From positions 62,001 to 126,000 of the forward strand of contig NW_021836139.1 in the NCBI RefSeq assembly GCF_006345805.1: a stretch of DNA of 64,000 nt, in the 5' to 3' direction. This DNA comes from Octopus sinensis (Eukaryota). Of this stretch, positions 1 through 13,257 are shown piece by piece (position 1 is the stretch's first letter; every line of letters starts with the position of its first letter). The position numbers and the translations under genes are program-made. The notes beneath the pieces were generated by a model. That model was not told the DNA's origin. It did not search any database and was given only the letters and a program-made list of their open reading frames with translations.

Positions 1-817
1 AGCATCATCCCTAAATGATAACTGCAAACAATTTCTACTGTATGCATGTGACTGCGTACGATTATGTGTGTGTTTGTTTATATATATATATATATGTCTG
101 TTTTTCTGTTTGTCTGGGTGTTGAGTTACATATCTTTAAGTTACTGAATCAATAAACAGAATTTGATAGAACAAGAACCAAAGTAAGATACGTACTGAGA
201 GCAATATGACAGACTAAAGCGCCTTGTAGGTGTTCCTTTAATCCTGTGATTGCAACCAGTAAAAGAATATAAGAGTTGCATAAACATATAAATAGATAGA
301 CCAATAAAAAAAATAGCACGTAAATATCTTTCTAAATTCTATCCATTCTCAACATATTCGCAGTTCATGAGCTACCTGTGTATTTTGATTTGAAGTCTAT
401 CATGAAATATCTTCCTAATTATAAAACAGTAAGTGTTGTTGTTGTATCACATAGACTTAGAATATTTGAAGTTATCATATTACCACTGAGAATTTAAATT
501 AAAGTCTATTATTTTTTTCTCTTTATTCATTGTTATTCAATCCATTGTTCTGTGTTGGCATATATTCTTTTGGAATTGTAAATATGCATCAAAATGAACA
601 GCAGGGTACAAATCTTGTCGACGCAGCAACCGTTACTACATTACTTAGCATTTAGCATTTAAGAAGAACATGGACTAGAAACTGCATACGTTTATTTAAA
701 ACCCAGCCCAATTAACTGCGTGTCTGTTAAACTTGTCATTGAAAGAGGTGGCATACTATAGGTAACTCTCTCAGCTTGCACCAACTAGTAGTACTCAAGC
801 ATTCATCTACAGAACAG

Positions 818-851
<34 letters not shown>

Positions 852-2252
852 GTTTACCCATCCATCCATTCACCTATGTATGTATCTATACAAACATATA
901 TATATGTATGTATGTATGTATTAATGAGTGAGAGAGAGATGAGGGTAGAGGGGAAGAGAGAGAGGAAGAGAGTAAATTTTGTTTATGTTTTCTTTTATAT
1001 GATCTCCCTGTAGTTTAACTCATTGACAACAAAATGATTTTATTTAATATGGCATATCTTTAAGCTTGATTCTCTTATAAGCACTGAAATTTAAAAAAAA
1101 TCTTTTATATTTCTTCTTTGTTATCATTTAGTAGAGTAATTACCTTCCTGTGTTCCAAAATTAGGTTTCAGTACAATATAATACTACCTTTGCTTTGCAC
1201 TTTAACTTCTGTTCCAACACTTGAACACGTTGTTATGTAATACAATACTGGAGCAAAACATTCATCTTACTATTAATCATTCAAATAGGAAACAAATTTC
1301 ATAATTATTCATAAGCTGATTGAATAGTTTAGAAAATATCATTTCTCACTGCATGCCATCATTCAATTTTTAATTATTTCTATTAATTCAGAGCACCCTC
1401 CTTTGTTTCAGCAAAAATTAATGTTTAGGATTTTGTTTGATATAGGTATGATTTTAGCTGATAATACTTTTGCTAACAACTTTAAGTCTATTCCCCTCTC
1501 TGACTTCTAAGTCTATGCTTTTCATGGAGAAGGTATTCTCAGTAAACTTTCCTATGCTATTATTGTCCCATTGTTATTGCCTCCTTTGCTTGGTGGATTA
1601 ACCTTCATCAGGCCTGGTTACACAGAAATGATGAAGGTTACTGTAATAAGAAACTGCTAGATAAAATAATTACAGAAGCATAACAAATTTAAACATGATA
1701 CATTACAAGAATATATTTACATATACTCTATGGAGTTGTACACTGGAATGCTGAAATATTAAGTTATCAAAAGAAAGGTTTCAATGTAGTACATTACAAG
1801 TCAATTTTACATTCATTAATTACTTAACCTAGTTTGTACTTCTGAGAGCTTCTCTTTCTAATTCTCAGTAAGATAGGCTATGGATTGTAAACTATGATGT
1901 CCGGTTAATGGGGATAATATTATGTTGTAAAATTTGAAGCTGTATAATATAATCCAGGATTCCAGATTCCAGACATACTTAACTAGATTGGTACCGTTTC
2001 TGCAGGACAAAATGGCCATTTGCTTGTCTCATTACATAGCTCTTGACTACAAAAGATCTAAAGAAATTGATCATCAAAAGAAAATTTCTTCAAATATGGG
2101 TGACGGCTTACTGTGAAAATGTATTCAACGTTTTCTGGGGTATTTGAGGTTTCTTCAAAATATTTCAACAGTCATAGCACACACATACGTGACACATACA
2201 TACACACACAATTAGAATCTCTCAGTCTCTTTTTCTTTTGTTCTCTCTCTTT

Positions 2253-2265
2253 ACACACACACACA

Positions 2266-2326
<61 letters not shown>

Positions 2327-2372
2327 AACACACACACAAACACACACACACACACACCACACACACACGCAC
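2253..2372. repeat. (CA)n microsatellite
   Basis: Direct reading; explains the His/Thr and Cys/Val ORFs at 2113-2429. Confidence 0.95.
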
Positions 2373-3455
2373 ATTATCAATGTATTCTTAATCACATACA
2401 ATATCCGTTTCTCTCAGATACATATGTAAAGCATTTACACAATGTTTTACAGTCACACACATTTTCACACGTACAAACATACACAGTCATTTATATTCAT
2501 ACACACACATACACAATCACATAATACTAGAAATCATATATATATATATATGTATATATATCCACATAAAATATACATATATATATATAGATATATATAT
2601 ATATATATTCCACATAAAATGTACATAGCTTATTAAGTTTTCAACTTATCTGATAACTTTGTTTCAGATTTAAGCTTGCCATTTTGAAGGAATGTGCCAG
2701 AATAATCTCATTGTGAGCTGATACTTTGCCTAATATAATGAAACATTAGGCTCCAGTGTTCCTGGTTGTTCTACAAATTTCTAATATTGGTTTATCTCTT
2801 TCAATGAACTTTCATTCAATTGGATACATTGTCAGCTTTGAAATCTTACTCAAGTAAGCTTTGACAATAAGTACAACCTGATTAACCTATTCTTAAAATT
2901 CCTTTAATGCTTCCCAAAAAACAAATTTACAAATCTTATTTCAGATCTTATATAAAAAAAAAGAGAAAGAGAGAGAAAGGGAGAAAGTGAAATGAAGAGC
3001 AAATTTTTTTCAAAACTTATATGTCTTCTAAGAGCCATGCAATCAGTAAGACACATTCTACAACACTGTACACATGTTAACACTTTATAATGCATAAATA
3101 CCCAGAAACAAAAGGATAATGATTTGGTGAAGTGGTTCCTTATACTTTTTAACCTCTTAATTTTAAAACTGTTGTCAATTCAATAGACTGAATAGCATTC
3201 ATATCAATTTTACTAAGCCCTGTTTTATATTCATATATCTCTTATAAAGAGCATTTCATAATCAATGATATAATTGACAACAGGTCGCATTTATGATAGT
3301 GTAAATGTTATGGGATTGTAAATATCACAAATGTCATGAATATTTTTTGAAAGTATCAGATTTCCTGATAATATTTGCATCATCCACTGATACATATATA
3401 TATGTATAATGCCTGATAGTCTGGTCAATCATGTGATCACATGACCATGTGATAT

Positions 3456-3487
<32 letters not shown>

Positions 3488-3798
3488 TTAACGTCCGCTT
3501 TCCATGCTGGCATGGGTTGGACGGTTCAACTGGGGTCTGGGAAGCCAGAAGGCTGCACTGGGCCCAGTCTGATCTGGCAGTGTTTCTACAGCTGGATGCC
3601 CTTCCTAATGCCAACCACTCCGTGAGTGTAGTGGGTGCTTTTTACGTGCCACCGGCACAGGTGCTAGACGAGGCTGGAAAACGGCCACGATCGGATGGTG
3701 CTTTTTACGTGCCACCGGCACGGGGACCAGTGGCACGTAAAAAGTACCATTCGATTGTGGCCATTTGCCAGCCTCGTCTGGCACATGTGCCAGTGGCA
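3456..3798 (-). mobile_element. RTE-tailed SINE/non-autonomous retroelement (family 2), 5'-truncated with inverted 5' piece
   Basis: Minus strand ends GCATGGAAAGCGGACGTTAAA(TGA)n. Shares the GGAAGGGCATCCAGCTGTAGAAAC body with copies at 8.4, 12.9 and 17.3 kb. Confidence 0.85.
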
Positions 3799-4136
3799 TG
3801 AGGGTTTTAGTTCACTGGTGGTCTAAATGAATAGGTCTACTGAGTGAGTGCTCTAATTAGTTTGTCTCTGCAAACAAACTTTTGTGTCCTTTTACCGCGA
3901 AGGGCTTTGATCCAACGTTGCTGATGTTTTTCTCTCCATTAAAGTGTTAAACTAACTCTAGATTAATCATAGTTCTTTCTGTTTTAGCCATTTTAATGTT
4001 CGTCTTCTCATCCTTTCATTTTGCATATGTTTATATATATATGTGTGTGTGTCTGTGTGTGCATATATACATATATAAACACACACATATATACATACAT
4101 ACATACATACATACATACATACATTGATACATACCC

Positions 4137-4245
4137 TTTACTCTTTTACTCTTTTACTTGTTTCAGTCATTTGACTGTGGCTTAGTCGAGCAAATCAACC
4201 CAAGGACTTACTATTTGTAAGCCTAGTACTTATTCTATCGGTCTC
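4137..4245 (-). mobile_element. SINE family 1, 3' fragment inverted relative to the adjacent copy
   Basis: Reverse complement of the family-1 tail (GACTGAAACAAGTAAAAGAGTAAAAGAG). Confidence 0.85.
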
Positions 4246-4428
4246 TAGGAGTGGCTATAGGTGTAGGAGTGGCTGTGTGGTAAGTAGCTTGGTTACCAAC
4301 CACATAGTTCCGGGTTCACTCCCACTGCGTGGCCCTTTGGGCAAGTGTCTTCTACTATAGCCTTGGGCTGACCAAAGCCTTGTGAGTGGATTTGGTAGAT
4401 GGAAACTGAAAGAAACCCATCATATATA

Positions 4429-4459
<31 letters not shown>

Positions 4460-4668
4460 TTGTGTGTCTGTGTTTGTCCACCCAACATCACTTGACAACT
4501 GATCCTGGTGTTTCTACATCCCCGTAACTTAGCGGTTTGGCAAAAGAGACTCATAGAATAAGTACTAGGCTTACAAAGAATAAGTCCTGGGGTCGATTTG
4601 CTCGACTAAAGGCAGTGCTCCAGCATGGTCACAGTCAAATGACTGAAACAAGTAAAAGAGTAAAAGAG
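4246..4668 (+). mobile_element. tRNA-derived SINE family 1, full length
   Basis: A-box-like TGGCTGTGTGG and B-box-like GGTTCACTCCC, internal (TA)/(TG) tract, (GTAAAAGA)n tail; more than 12 copies in the window. Confidence 0.9.
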
Positions 4669-5109
4669 AAAGAAAGAGAGTATATCAATGTGTGAATGCA
4701 TGTATTTATGTTTGTATGCTAATTTGAACAAGCAGTTGTATACAAGAAATAAATTAAGTTGAAAATGCAGATAATAGATATACATACATAGATGCACACA
4801 CTTAACAGCTTCACATTTTCTGATTTCAAAAGTGTATGCTATGTGGAGCTGTGTCACAAATTGTAACTTTTCCGGCTTTCGTTCTAAAAGTTGTTTGTTT
4901 CTATAGAAGGAATGTGACTCAGATTGCTGTCAGTTGGCTGATAATTGTCTGACAGCCCCACATAATGTAGACTTTTGAAAATCAACAATTGTGAAAACCG
5001 GTCAAGTGTATCTATGTAAGTGTGTGTTTGTCTGTGTGTGTGTGTCTGTCTCTCTGTGTGCATGTTTATATGAATATCTACCTATCTATCTATGAGTATA
5101 TATATATGT

Positions 5110-5303
5110 GACCTTGTGTGTACCGTTGGCAATTTTTTTTCCTCTGTCTTCCCTTCTCTGGATCTTTCCTTCTCCTAAGTTTCCGACAAAGAGCTCCGCT
5201 CGAAACATTAAAACCCTCCTTCTTTCCTGAGCGTCCAATAATACTATATTTGTTCCATGTCCTCGCGTTGTGTTTTTTTGTGCTTTCTTGTTTGGATTAA
5301 CTT
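5110..5303 (+). mobile_element. Short (TA)n-inserted repeat family B with decayed hammerhead motif
   Basis: Homologous to 28390-28585, 35627-35782 and 37740-37935. GTTT-CCGACAA-A-GAGC-TCC-GCTC-GAAAC-ATT-AAAAC at 5179-5214. Confidence 0.75.
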
Positions 5304-6124
5304 TACATATATATGTGTGTGTGTGTATGTATGTATTCATATCACTTATATGAGATGGTTTTTAGATAAGCACTGTCAATTTTTACAATTTTGTAAATAA
5401 TGATAATAGTAATTAATAAACTTAATTACGTTGCATCTTGTACTCTGACTTTGTCACTAGGCACCTTTTATCAGCTTTATAATCCATATAAGGTAAATAG
5501 TAATCACCAAAGAACTACATAAATTCATTTCCAGAGAAAAGGAGTTGACTTTCTTACAACCACTCTCCATTCTGCTTCACCGAAGTTATTTGCAAAAGAG
5601 GCCCACGAGTGGCTACTTCATGAATTCCTATTGGCATTCACTTTTAACTTATGAAATGTAGAAATATTTTTCCTGAATCTACTTGGTGAATTCATTACAG
5701 CATAGGATTTTCAGTAGGTAAAAAATAGCTGATGAGAAAGAACACTGCAGAGTTACGAAGTATCTTAAAAGTTTCATGATATGCTTTCGGTGCTGTTTAT
5801 TCCATTCCTCTCATTCACGGACATAATTATTGCAACATACTGGAGTTGTAGTAGTCATCTTATCAGAATTTCTCCCTTATTTTGATATGGGCCCACATGT
5901 ATTGGATACAATGATTGATAAAATTCTAATGATCGATTATCATCTCCTCTTATGTTATCTGTACAAGCCTTGTCTATGCTAGAGGTTAAGAAACTGTTTT
6001 TATCATTACCATTTTTATTTCACTGCTTTATTATATATATATATATATATATACATGCATAAATATAAAAGCGGGAGTGAGAGGGAAACAGAGACAGAGC
6101 TATAGAGACAGACAGCTATGTATA

Positions 6125-6686
<562 letters not shown>

Positions 6687-8429
6687 ATTTGAGGAAACTG
6701 TTGGTGGTCTACATCATCAAAATTTGTATTTATTAGATATGTAATTTGGAGTGGAAAATTCCAACATTTTAGTCATAAGTCCTTCATTGGGGTACAGGAT
6801 AGATTAAATAGAAAAGAAATGGTTGCAGGACGTTTCAGAGGGTTGTGGGGTTATTGAGGAGGATGTAATCAGAGAAAAAGAGATAAGAGATGTCAGAGAA
6901 AGTAAGAATATCTGCTTGGTTGAAGTAGGGAGACAGAACAGAAAATTCTTGTTGTAATGATGTGGTGGTGGTGGTGGAGGTTAAAGCAGGAAAGAATGGT
7001 TGTAAGAAGGAAGAGAGAAAGGAATGGCGGTAAGAAGAAAGAGAGAAAGGAATGGTTGAATAAAAGAACAAAGTAAACAGGAAAACTTACAGAAAGATTA
7101 ACAGCAAATTGAAGTAGTCCCAACTTAGATCATAAATCATATTTAGTCAAAGCTCGGCTGGGTTAACCTGGGGCTAAAAAACAACAACATTCGTGAAGAA
7201 CCAGCTACGAGTTTCTAAATTAAATTTAAAAACATTTAATCAAATTCTTGCTAAGGATATCTTATCATGCCAACAACCAAATCATAATGCTAGCAGAATA
7301 ACTATTTTAACAATAAAATTTCAATTACAAGGACTATTTTCTTCTTTTACGTTATTTTTTCCTTCTTAAATCTTTCATAAATTTTGTTTCTTACATTTAT
7401 TTTTGTTTATATTTTATTTATTTTTTCTGTTGAGACTTCTTTTTGTCAATTATTTATTCTCTTTCTTTTTTTTTTCTTTCTTTCATCTTGTTTTTTTTTT
7501 TTTTTTTTTTTATTATAATCTTTCCCTTTATTGTTCTTATCTTTATACAATAAATATCATATTGGTGATAATTTGTCATCTGCATAATCCACTTGTCGTC
7601 TACAAGTGTATTAACTTGAAGTCTGTTTTCAAAATGTATCTACTATGAAATTAGTATCTAAAAGCAAAAAAAAAAAAAAAAAAAAAGAAAAATGAAAAAA
7701 AAAAGCACAGAAACAAAACTAGAAAATGAAATAAAAGGAAACGGAAGTATAGTGACAAAAATGGAAGGCGATTAATTCAAATGTAATTATATTGGCTTGA
7801 ATAGAATTTCTATTGGAAAATATTTTAAAAGATAAAGCAAACAACAACAAATATAATATCAATCAAATCAAAGAATGTTTAATTTTTTTTCCTTCTCTAA
7901 CAGATGTCAATGACATTGATGATGATTATGATGATGATGATGATGATAATGATAATGATGATGATGACAGTGATCATGACAAAGATGATGATGATGGTGT
8001 TATTGGTGGTAACGGCATTGGTGATGGCATTGGTGATGGTGTAGATTAAACTGATAATATTGATGGTGAAAATATGTGAACGAAGATGAAAGTATTAAAG
8101 AAAATGATAATGATAATGATGATGATGATCATCATCATCATCATCGTGAATATGATGATGGAAGAGGAGGATGACAATGTAAAAGTTGTATGGCAACAGC
8201 TGAGAAGATTATTATAGGGTGGCAAAGAGACAAAATGTTTAATAATATGACAAAATAATATGCCATAAACATTCGGATTATGATATTGTATCAATTATTT
8301 AACAACGCACTTTATCTCATTGCGTATAAACACTTTCATATATAAGTAAATCAGTTGCTTGAAAGACGATGCAAAGAGAACCTCTTCCTTTTAAATTGTG
8401 AATTCATTTATTATTAGTCTATATTACTC

Positions 8430-8834
8430 CATGAGCATGATCGTTGCCAGAGCAACAAGCTGGCCTCCATGCCGGTGGCACGTAAAAAACACCATTCGAG
8501 TATGATCGTTACCATACTGGCACTTGTGCTGGTGGCACGTGAAAAAAAATTTGAGCAAGGTTGTTGCCAGTGTTATTGGAATGGCTCCTGTGCAGGTGGC
8601 ACATAAAAAGCAGTATTTGAGCATGGCCATTGCCAGCACCATCTGACTGGCCCTCATGCCGGTGGCACATAAAAGCACTCACTACACTCTTGGAGTGGTT
8701 GGTGTTAGGAAGGGCATCCAGCTGGAGAAACTCTGCCAGATCTGATTGAAGCCTGGTGCAGCCATCTGGTTCACCGGACCTCAGTTAAATCGTCCAACCC
8801 ATGCTAGAATGGAAAGCAGACGTTAAACGATGAT
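8430..8834 (+). mobile_element. RTE-tailed family 2 element with four internal ~60-bp subrepeats
   Basis: Repeated RTGCNGGTGGCACRTAAAAAGCAC motif at ~8469, 8526, 8590 and 8656; tail GACGTTAAACGATGAT. Confidence 0.85.
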
Positions 8835-8835
8835 C

Positions 8836-9065
8836 CTGAAGGAGCATAGGGCTGGTTTCTCAGTTATCCTGGTGTATATATTTCTCCCTTGATGGGATGC
8901 CAGTCCAGCACAAGATCACAAATTTTTATCAGCTGAGTGGACTGGAGCAACATGAAAAGAAATGTTTTTACTCAAGAGCACGACACATCACTCAGTTCAG
9001 GAATCGAAACCATGATTTAATGATTATGAATCCAGCACCCTAACAACTATGCCATGAACCTCCAC
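8836..9065 (-). mobile_element. Decayed tRNA-derived SINE (family 5)
   Basis: Minus-strand head with B-box-like TTTCGATTCC; homologous to 14110-14350. Confidence 0.7.
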
Positions 9066-9110
9066 CAATTAGCTTATGGAGTAATATTTTAAAGAAAACA
9101 GATCTTTATA

Positions 9111-9676
9111 TTGGGTTGTCCAGAAAGTTCGTGCCAATTTATAGTAGCTTACATTTTGACTTATTTTAGAACATGGTTGAGTCCATAAAATAGGATTTGA
9201 CTACACCTCCATTTAGAGCACAGTTTAAGCTATCTTTTCGTAGAAGAAGGTTTATGTTTCTATAACCTGTGTTAATTCTGTAATCCTTTAAAATGGAAGA
9301 TAATAAAGTTCATTTTCGGCACTTGATTCTTTGGGAACCAGACAAAAATTGCTGCAGCTTGGCTGGGATGTGTTACCCCACCCTCCATATTCACCAGATA
9401 TTGCTCCTTCGGATTTTCCACTAATTCAGGTCTCTGCAGAATAGTCTTAATGGTAAAATTTCAATTCCTTGGATGACATATAAAGATACCTTGATGAATT
9501 CTTTGCCATGAAACCACCTGAATTCTGGAAAGAGGGTATTTTCAAGTTAAAGGAAAGATGGAGACACATTGTGCTACAAAATGGTTCATATTTGATTGAT
9601 TTAAAATGTAATGGCAAGTATTTACTGGCCTTTTTCTTTCCTTTAAAAATTGGCACGAACTTTCTGGACAACAGAG
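9111..9676 (+). mobile_element. Internally deleted mariner (Tc1/mariner) DNA transposon
   Basis: TIRs TTGGGTTGTCCAGAAAGTTCGTGCCAATTT / AAATTGGCACGAACTTTCTGGACAAC, flanked by TA. Transposase N-terminus MEDNKVHFRHLILWE is fused to the C-terminal GWDVLPHPPYSPDIAPSDF...ERWRHIVLQNGSY, with frameshift and stop. Confidence 0.93.
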
Positions 9677-10996
9677 TAAAATAGATGAGCAATTGCAATG
9701 AAGATCAAAATAAGGATCTTGTTTTAAAATATATGCACAGAAGCTTCTGGTATTCAGTGGCCTTTCGTATCACTAGCTTTGGTAGATAAGCTACTGGAAA
9801 ACAAAAGCTCTCTGGAAGTTACATTTATAAACGTTCACACATAATTTTGAAGAAAAATTTTAGAATTACATTAATTTTTGAGAATTTTCTCTTTCAATTT
9901 TGAATTTGCCCACAATATATTGTGCATATCTCTATTCATCATCATCGTTTAACGTCCGCTTTCCATGCTAGCATGGGTTAAGATTTGAAATTATTGCAAT
10001 GATTTAACCCCCCAAATAGCCTTACATGCATTTTTGTTTTCAGAATACTATTCAAATATATATTGAATGTAATTATCACAGCCTCAATCTCTCTCTCTCT
10101 CTCTCTTTCTCTCTTTCTCTCTCACTATTTATCTACCTAGCTACCTACCTACCTATTTATCTATCTATCTCTCTATCTCTCTATCTCTCTATCTACCTAT
10201 CTATCTACCTGTCTGTCTGTCTGTCTGTCATCTACCTATCTATCTACCTGTCTGTCTGTCTGTCTTTTTCTATGTATGTTAATTTATCTATTTCTATACA
10301 AAAATACATATTCATACTATTAGAGTTATTGCTTCAATCTATACACATTAAATTTATAAACATTAAACTACCTCACAAATTGAAATTCTCTGACCATGTT
10401 CTCTTTCTCATAAAACAACATCCCATCTTATTCTTCATTTCTTTTGCAAGAATTCAAATATCAAACCCAACACACTCAGTAACAAACTAAAAGAGTAAGC
10501 CCTACAGTGTGAACAACAAATGATAATTTTCATACTTTTATCTATTTTTTGCCTGTATTTCTTTATTAGAGTTGAATATTGCTGATGCTAAATTTTTTTC
10601 ACTGGTGTTGAATAAATAACTAAAATATTATTGAAAACAGAACATCAACTAACAGCTGGAATAAATGTAATTTAAGACTGGATTGCTAAGTTACATAATA
10701 TAATATAATTTATGCTTTCTGGATTACATATTGTGTATCTATAAACAGTGGTTTCAGAAAGCTTCAGAAAATTCTCAACAGCAGGATTCTCATGTATAAT
10801 CATAGATTACAAAGATGTTGGCAATACTTTATGGAAAGAAGTGAGCTGATGTATGCTCATAAGTAGTTGTTGCTGTTCAACTCAAAGTCAACTCGGACCA
10901 AGCAGATATGATCAAAGGTATTTCAGCTTTGCAACTGAATCTTTCCACATAAGCAGTTTGTCTATCTAAGCTTGAGTTTTTCTATCTCTCTTTCTC

Positions 10997-11481
10997 TCTT
11001 TTACTCTTTTGCTCTTTTACTTGTTTCAGTCATTTGACTGTGGTCTTCAGTCGAGCAAATCGACCCCAGGACTTATTCTTTGTAAGCCTAGTACTTATTC
11101 TCTTGGTCTCTTTTGCTGAACCACTAAGTTACAGGGACATAAACACACCAGCATCGGTTGTCAAGCAATGTTGGGGAGAAAAACACAGACACACAAACAT
11201 ATTCAAACATACATATATATATATATATATATATACAACCCATGCTAGCATGGAGAATGGACGTTAAACGATGATGATGATGATGATAATGATATACGAC
11301 GGTCTTCTTTCAGTTTCTGTCTACCAAATCAACTCACAAGGCTTTGGTCAGCCCAAGGTTATAGTAGAAGACACTTGCGCAAGGTGCCACACAGTGGAAC
11401 TGAACCCAGAACCATGTGGTTCGTAAGCAAGCTACTTACCACACAGCCACACCTATGCCTATTACAGCCACTCCTATGCCT
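10997..11481 (-). mobile_element. SINE family 1 with an RTE-tail stub (11236-11292, +) nested in its microsatellite
   Basis: Family-1 halves flank AACCCATGCTAGCATGGAGAATGGACGTTAAAC(GAT)n. Confidence 0.85.
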
Positions 11482-12084
11482 ATGAATTTCTCTATGAATT
11501 TCTCTTGTTATATATATATATCTTTTTAATTCAATATTAGTTATCTTTAGCAAATGCAGAAATTCTCCTTTAAAGCATCTACAACTAGATTCCCTCTCTT
11601 TGGATAGTATTATATTTCATATGATATTTCTAATGGTACAGTTTAGCACTTTCAATTGTAGACTTAGATCAGTTTTCAAACTGGAAAGCCAATGTATCTT
11701 GGTCTGTTGCTATTTAGAATTTTTGTGCTGATAAGTAACATCAGATTTTTTACAACTTTATTTACTATTGCAAGGGTATTATTATTCACTTTATATGATC
11801 TATGTGAACAGAACAAATTGGTTGGCTACTTTGCATATTAAGACTGACCAATTGATGATATAGTCACATCTGTTTTATGTTCAGGTAATGAACCTGGTGT
11901 CTGAACAGATAATGAAACTGCTGCAACAATCTCAGTCATTTTTATAATTGCATTAAGTATTTGGCGAATAATAGAAAACATTGATATTGCTTAACTTCAA
12001 ACAAAAGTGTTGCAATTTTAGCAAATTTTTCTTCATTTTATATAATATACAATTAATCCTATTAATATACAATTAATCCTATAT

Positions 12085-12330
12085 AGGTGCGAGAGTGGCT
12101 GTGTGTTAAGTGGCTTGCTTCCCAACCACATTGTTCTGGGTTCAGTCCCGCTGCGTGGCACCTTGGGCAAGTGTATTCTACCATAGCCTCTGGTCAACCA
12201 AAGCCTTGTGAGTGGATTTGGTAGATGGAAACTGAAAGAAGCCCGTCGTATATATGTACATGTATATATATATGTGCGTGTGTGTTTGTATGCCTGTGTT
12301 TGTCCCCCCCCCCCGCCCAACATCACTTGA
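12085..12330 (+). mobile_element. SINE family 1, 3'-truncated
   Basis: Head and central tract match the family consensus. Confidence 0.85.
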
Positions 12331-12558
12331 ACCGATATCTAAAAATATCGCCTAGAAACAACAAATCAGTTTCAGTGGCTTCATATTTTTTTGCATTTCA
12401 GTGGGAGATCAATGTCTTAACCATAGATAAGAAGGCATGCAAATCTTCAACTTGGATGATTCTATTTTTGCAGTCCTCAGTCAAATCGACCAACCCAAGC
12501 TAGCATGGAAAGTGGATGTTAAAGGATGATGATAATGATGATTATATATATACACACA

Positions 12559-12876
12559 CTGTGCTTGAGGAGACCCTGTGCTTGAGGAGACCCTGTGCTT
12601 GAGGAGACCCTGTGCTTGAGGAGACCCTGTGCTTGAGGAGACCCTGTGCTTGAGGAGACCCTGTGCTTGAGGAGACCCTGTGCTTGAGGAGACCTGTGCT
12701 TGAGGAGACCCTGTGCTTGAGGAGACCTGTGCTTGAGGAGACCCTGTGCTGAGGAGACCCTGTGCTTGAGGAGACCCTGTGCTTGAGGAGACCTTGTGCT
12801 TGAGGAGACCTGTGCTTGAGGAGACCTGTGCTTGAGGAGACCTTGTGCTTGAGGAGACCCTGTGCTTGAGGAGACC
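12559..12876 (+). repeat. 17-bp minisatellite (CTGTGCTTGAGGAGACC) x ~19
   Basis: Near-perfect tandem array with occasional 1-nt variants. Confidence 0.97.
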
Positions 12877-13257
12877 TATTGAGTCAAGTACATCAACATC
12901 AAAAAATCAAATGGGAATTGTAGTTGTGATACTTGTGCCGGTGGCACGTAAGAAGCACCATCCAAATGTGGCTGATGCCAGCGCCGCCTTGACTGGCTTC
13001 CATGCTGGTGGCACATAAAAAGCACCAACTGATTGCGGCCATTGCCAACCTTGCCTGGTACCTGTGCTGGTGGCATGTAAAAAGCACCCACTACACTCAT
13101 GGAGTGGTTGGCATTAGGAAGGGCATCCAGCTGTAGAAACACTGCCAGATCAGACGGGAGCCTGGTGCAGCCTTCTGGCTTCCCAGACCCCGGTCGAACC
13201 GTCCAACCCATGCTAGCATGGAAAACGAACGTTAAACGATGATGATGATGATGATGA
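12877..13257 (+). mobile_element. RTE-tailed family 2 element
   Basis: Three hairpin-motif subrepeats (12935, 13002, 13064), conserved body, (GAT)n tail. Confidence 0.88.

Noticed and set aside
2668-2716. Plus-strand exon FKLAILKECARIISL after TTTCAG
   Set aside because: Isolated 15-codon frame with no partner exon or recognisable homology.
7813-8049. Acidic Asp/Gly ORF with an acceptor-like site near 7903
   Set aside because: Degenerate (GAT)n microsatellite; no supporting neighbouring exon.
8460-8690. True CRISPR array
   Set aside because: Eukaryotic context, no cas genes, repeats imperfect, spacers homologous to each other, embedded in a multicopy retroelement.
12559-12876. CRISPR array or synthetic BsaI (GAGACC) concatemer
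   Set aside because: No spacers, and the unit is continuous with the adjacent genomic repeat; no vector sequence seen.
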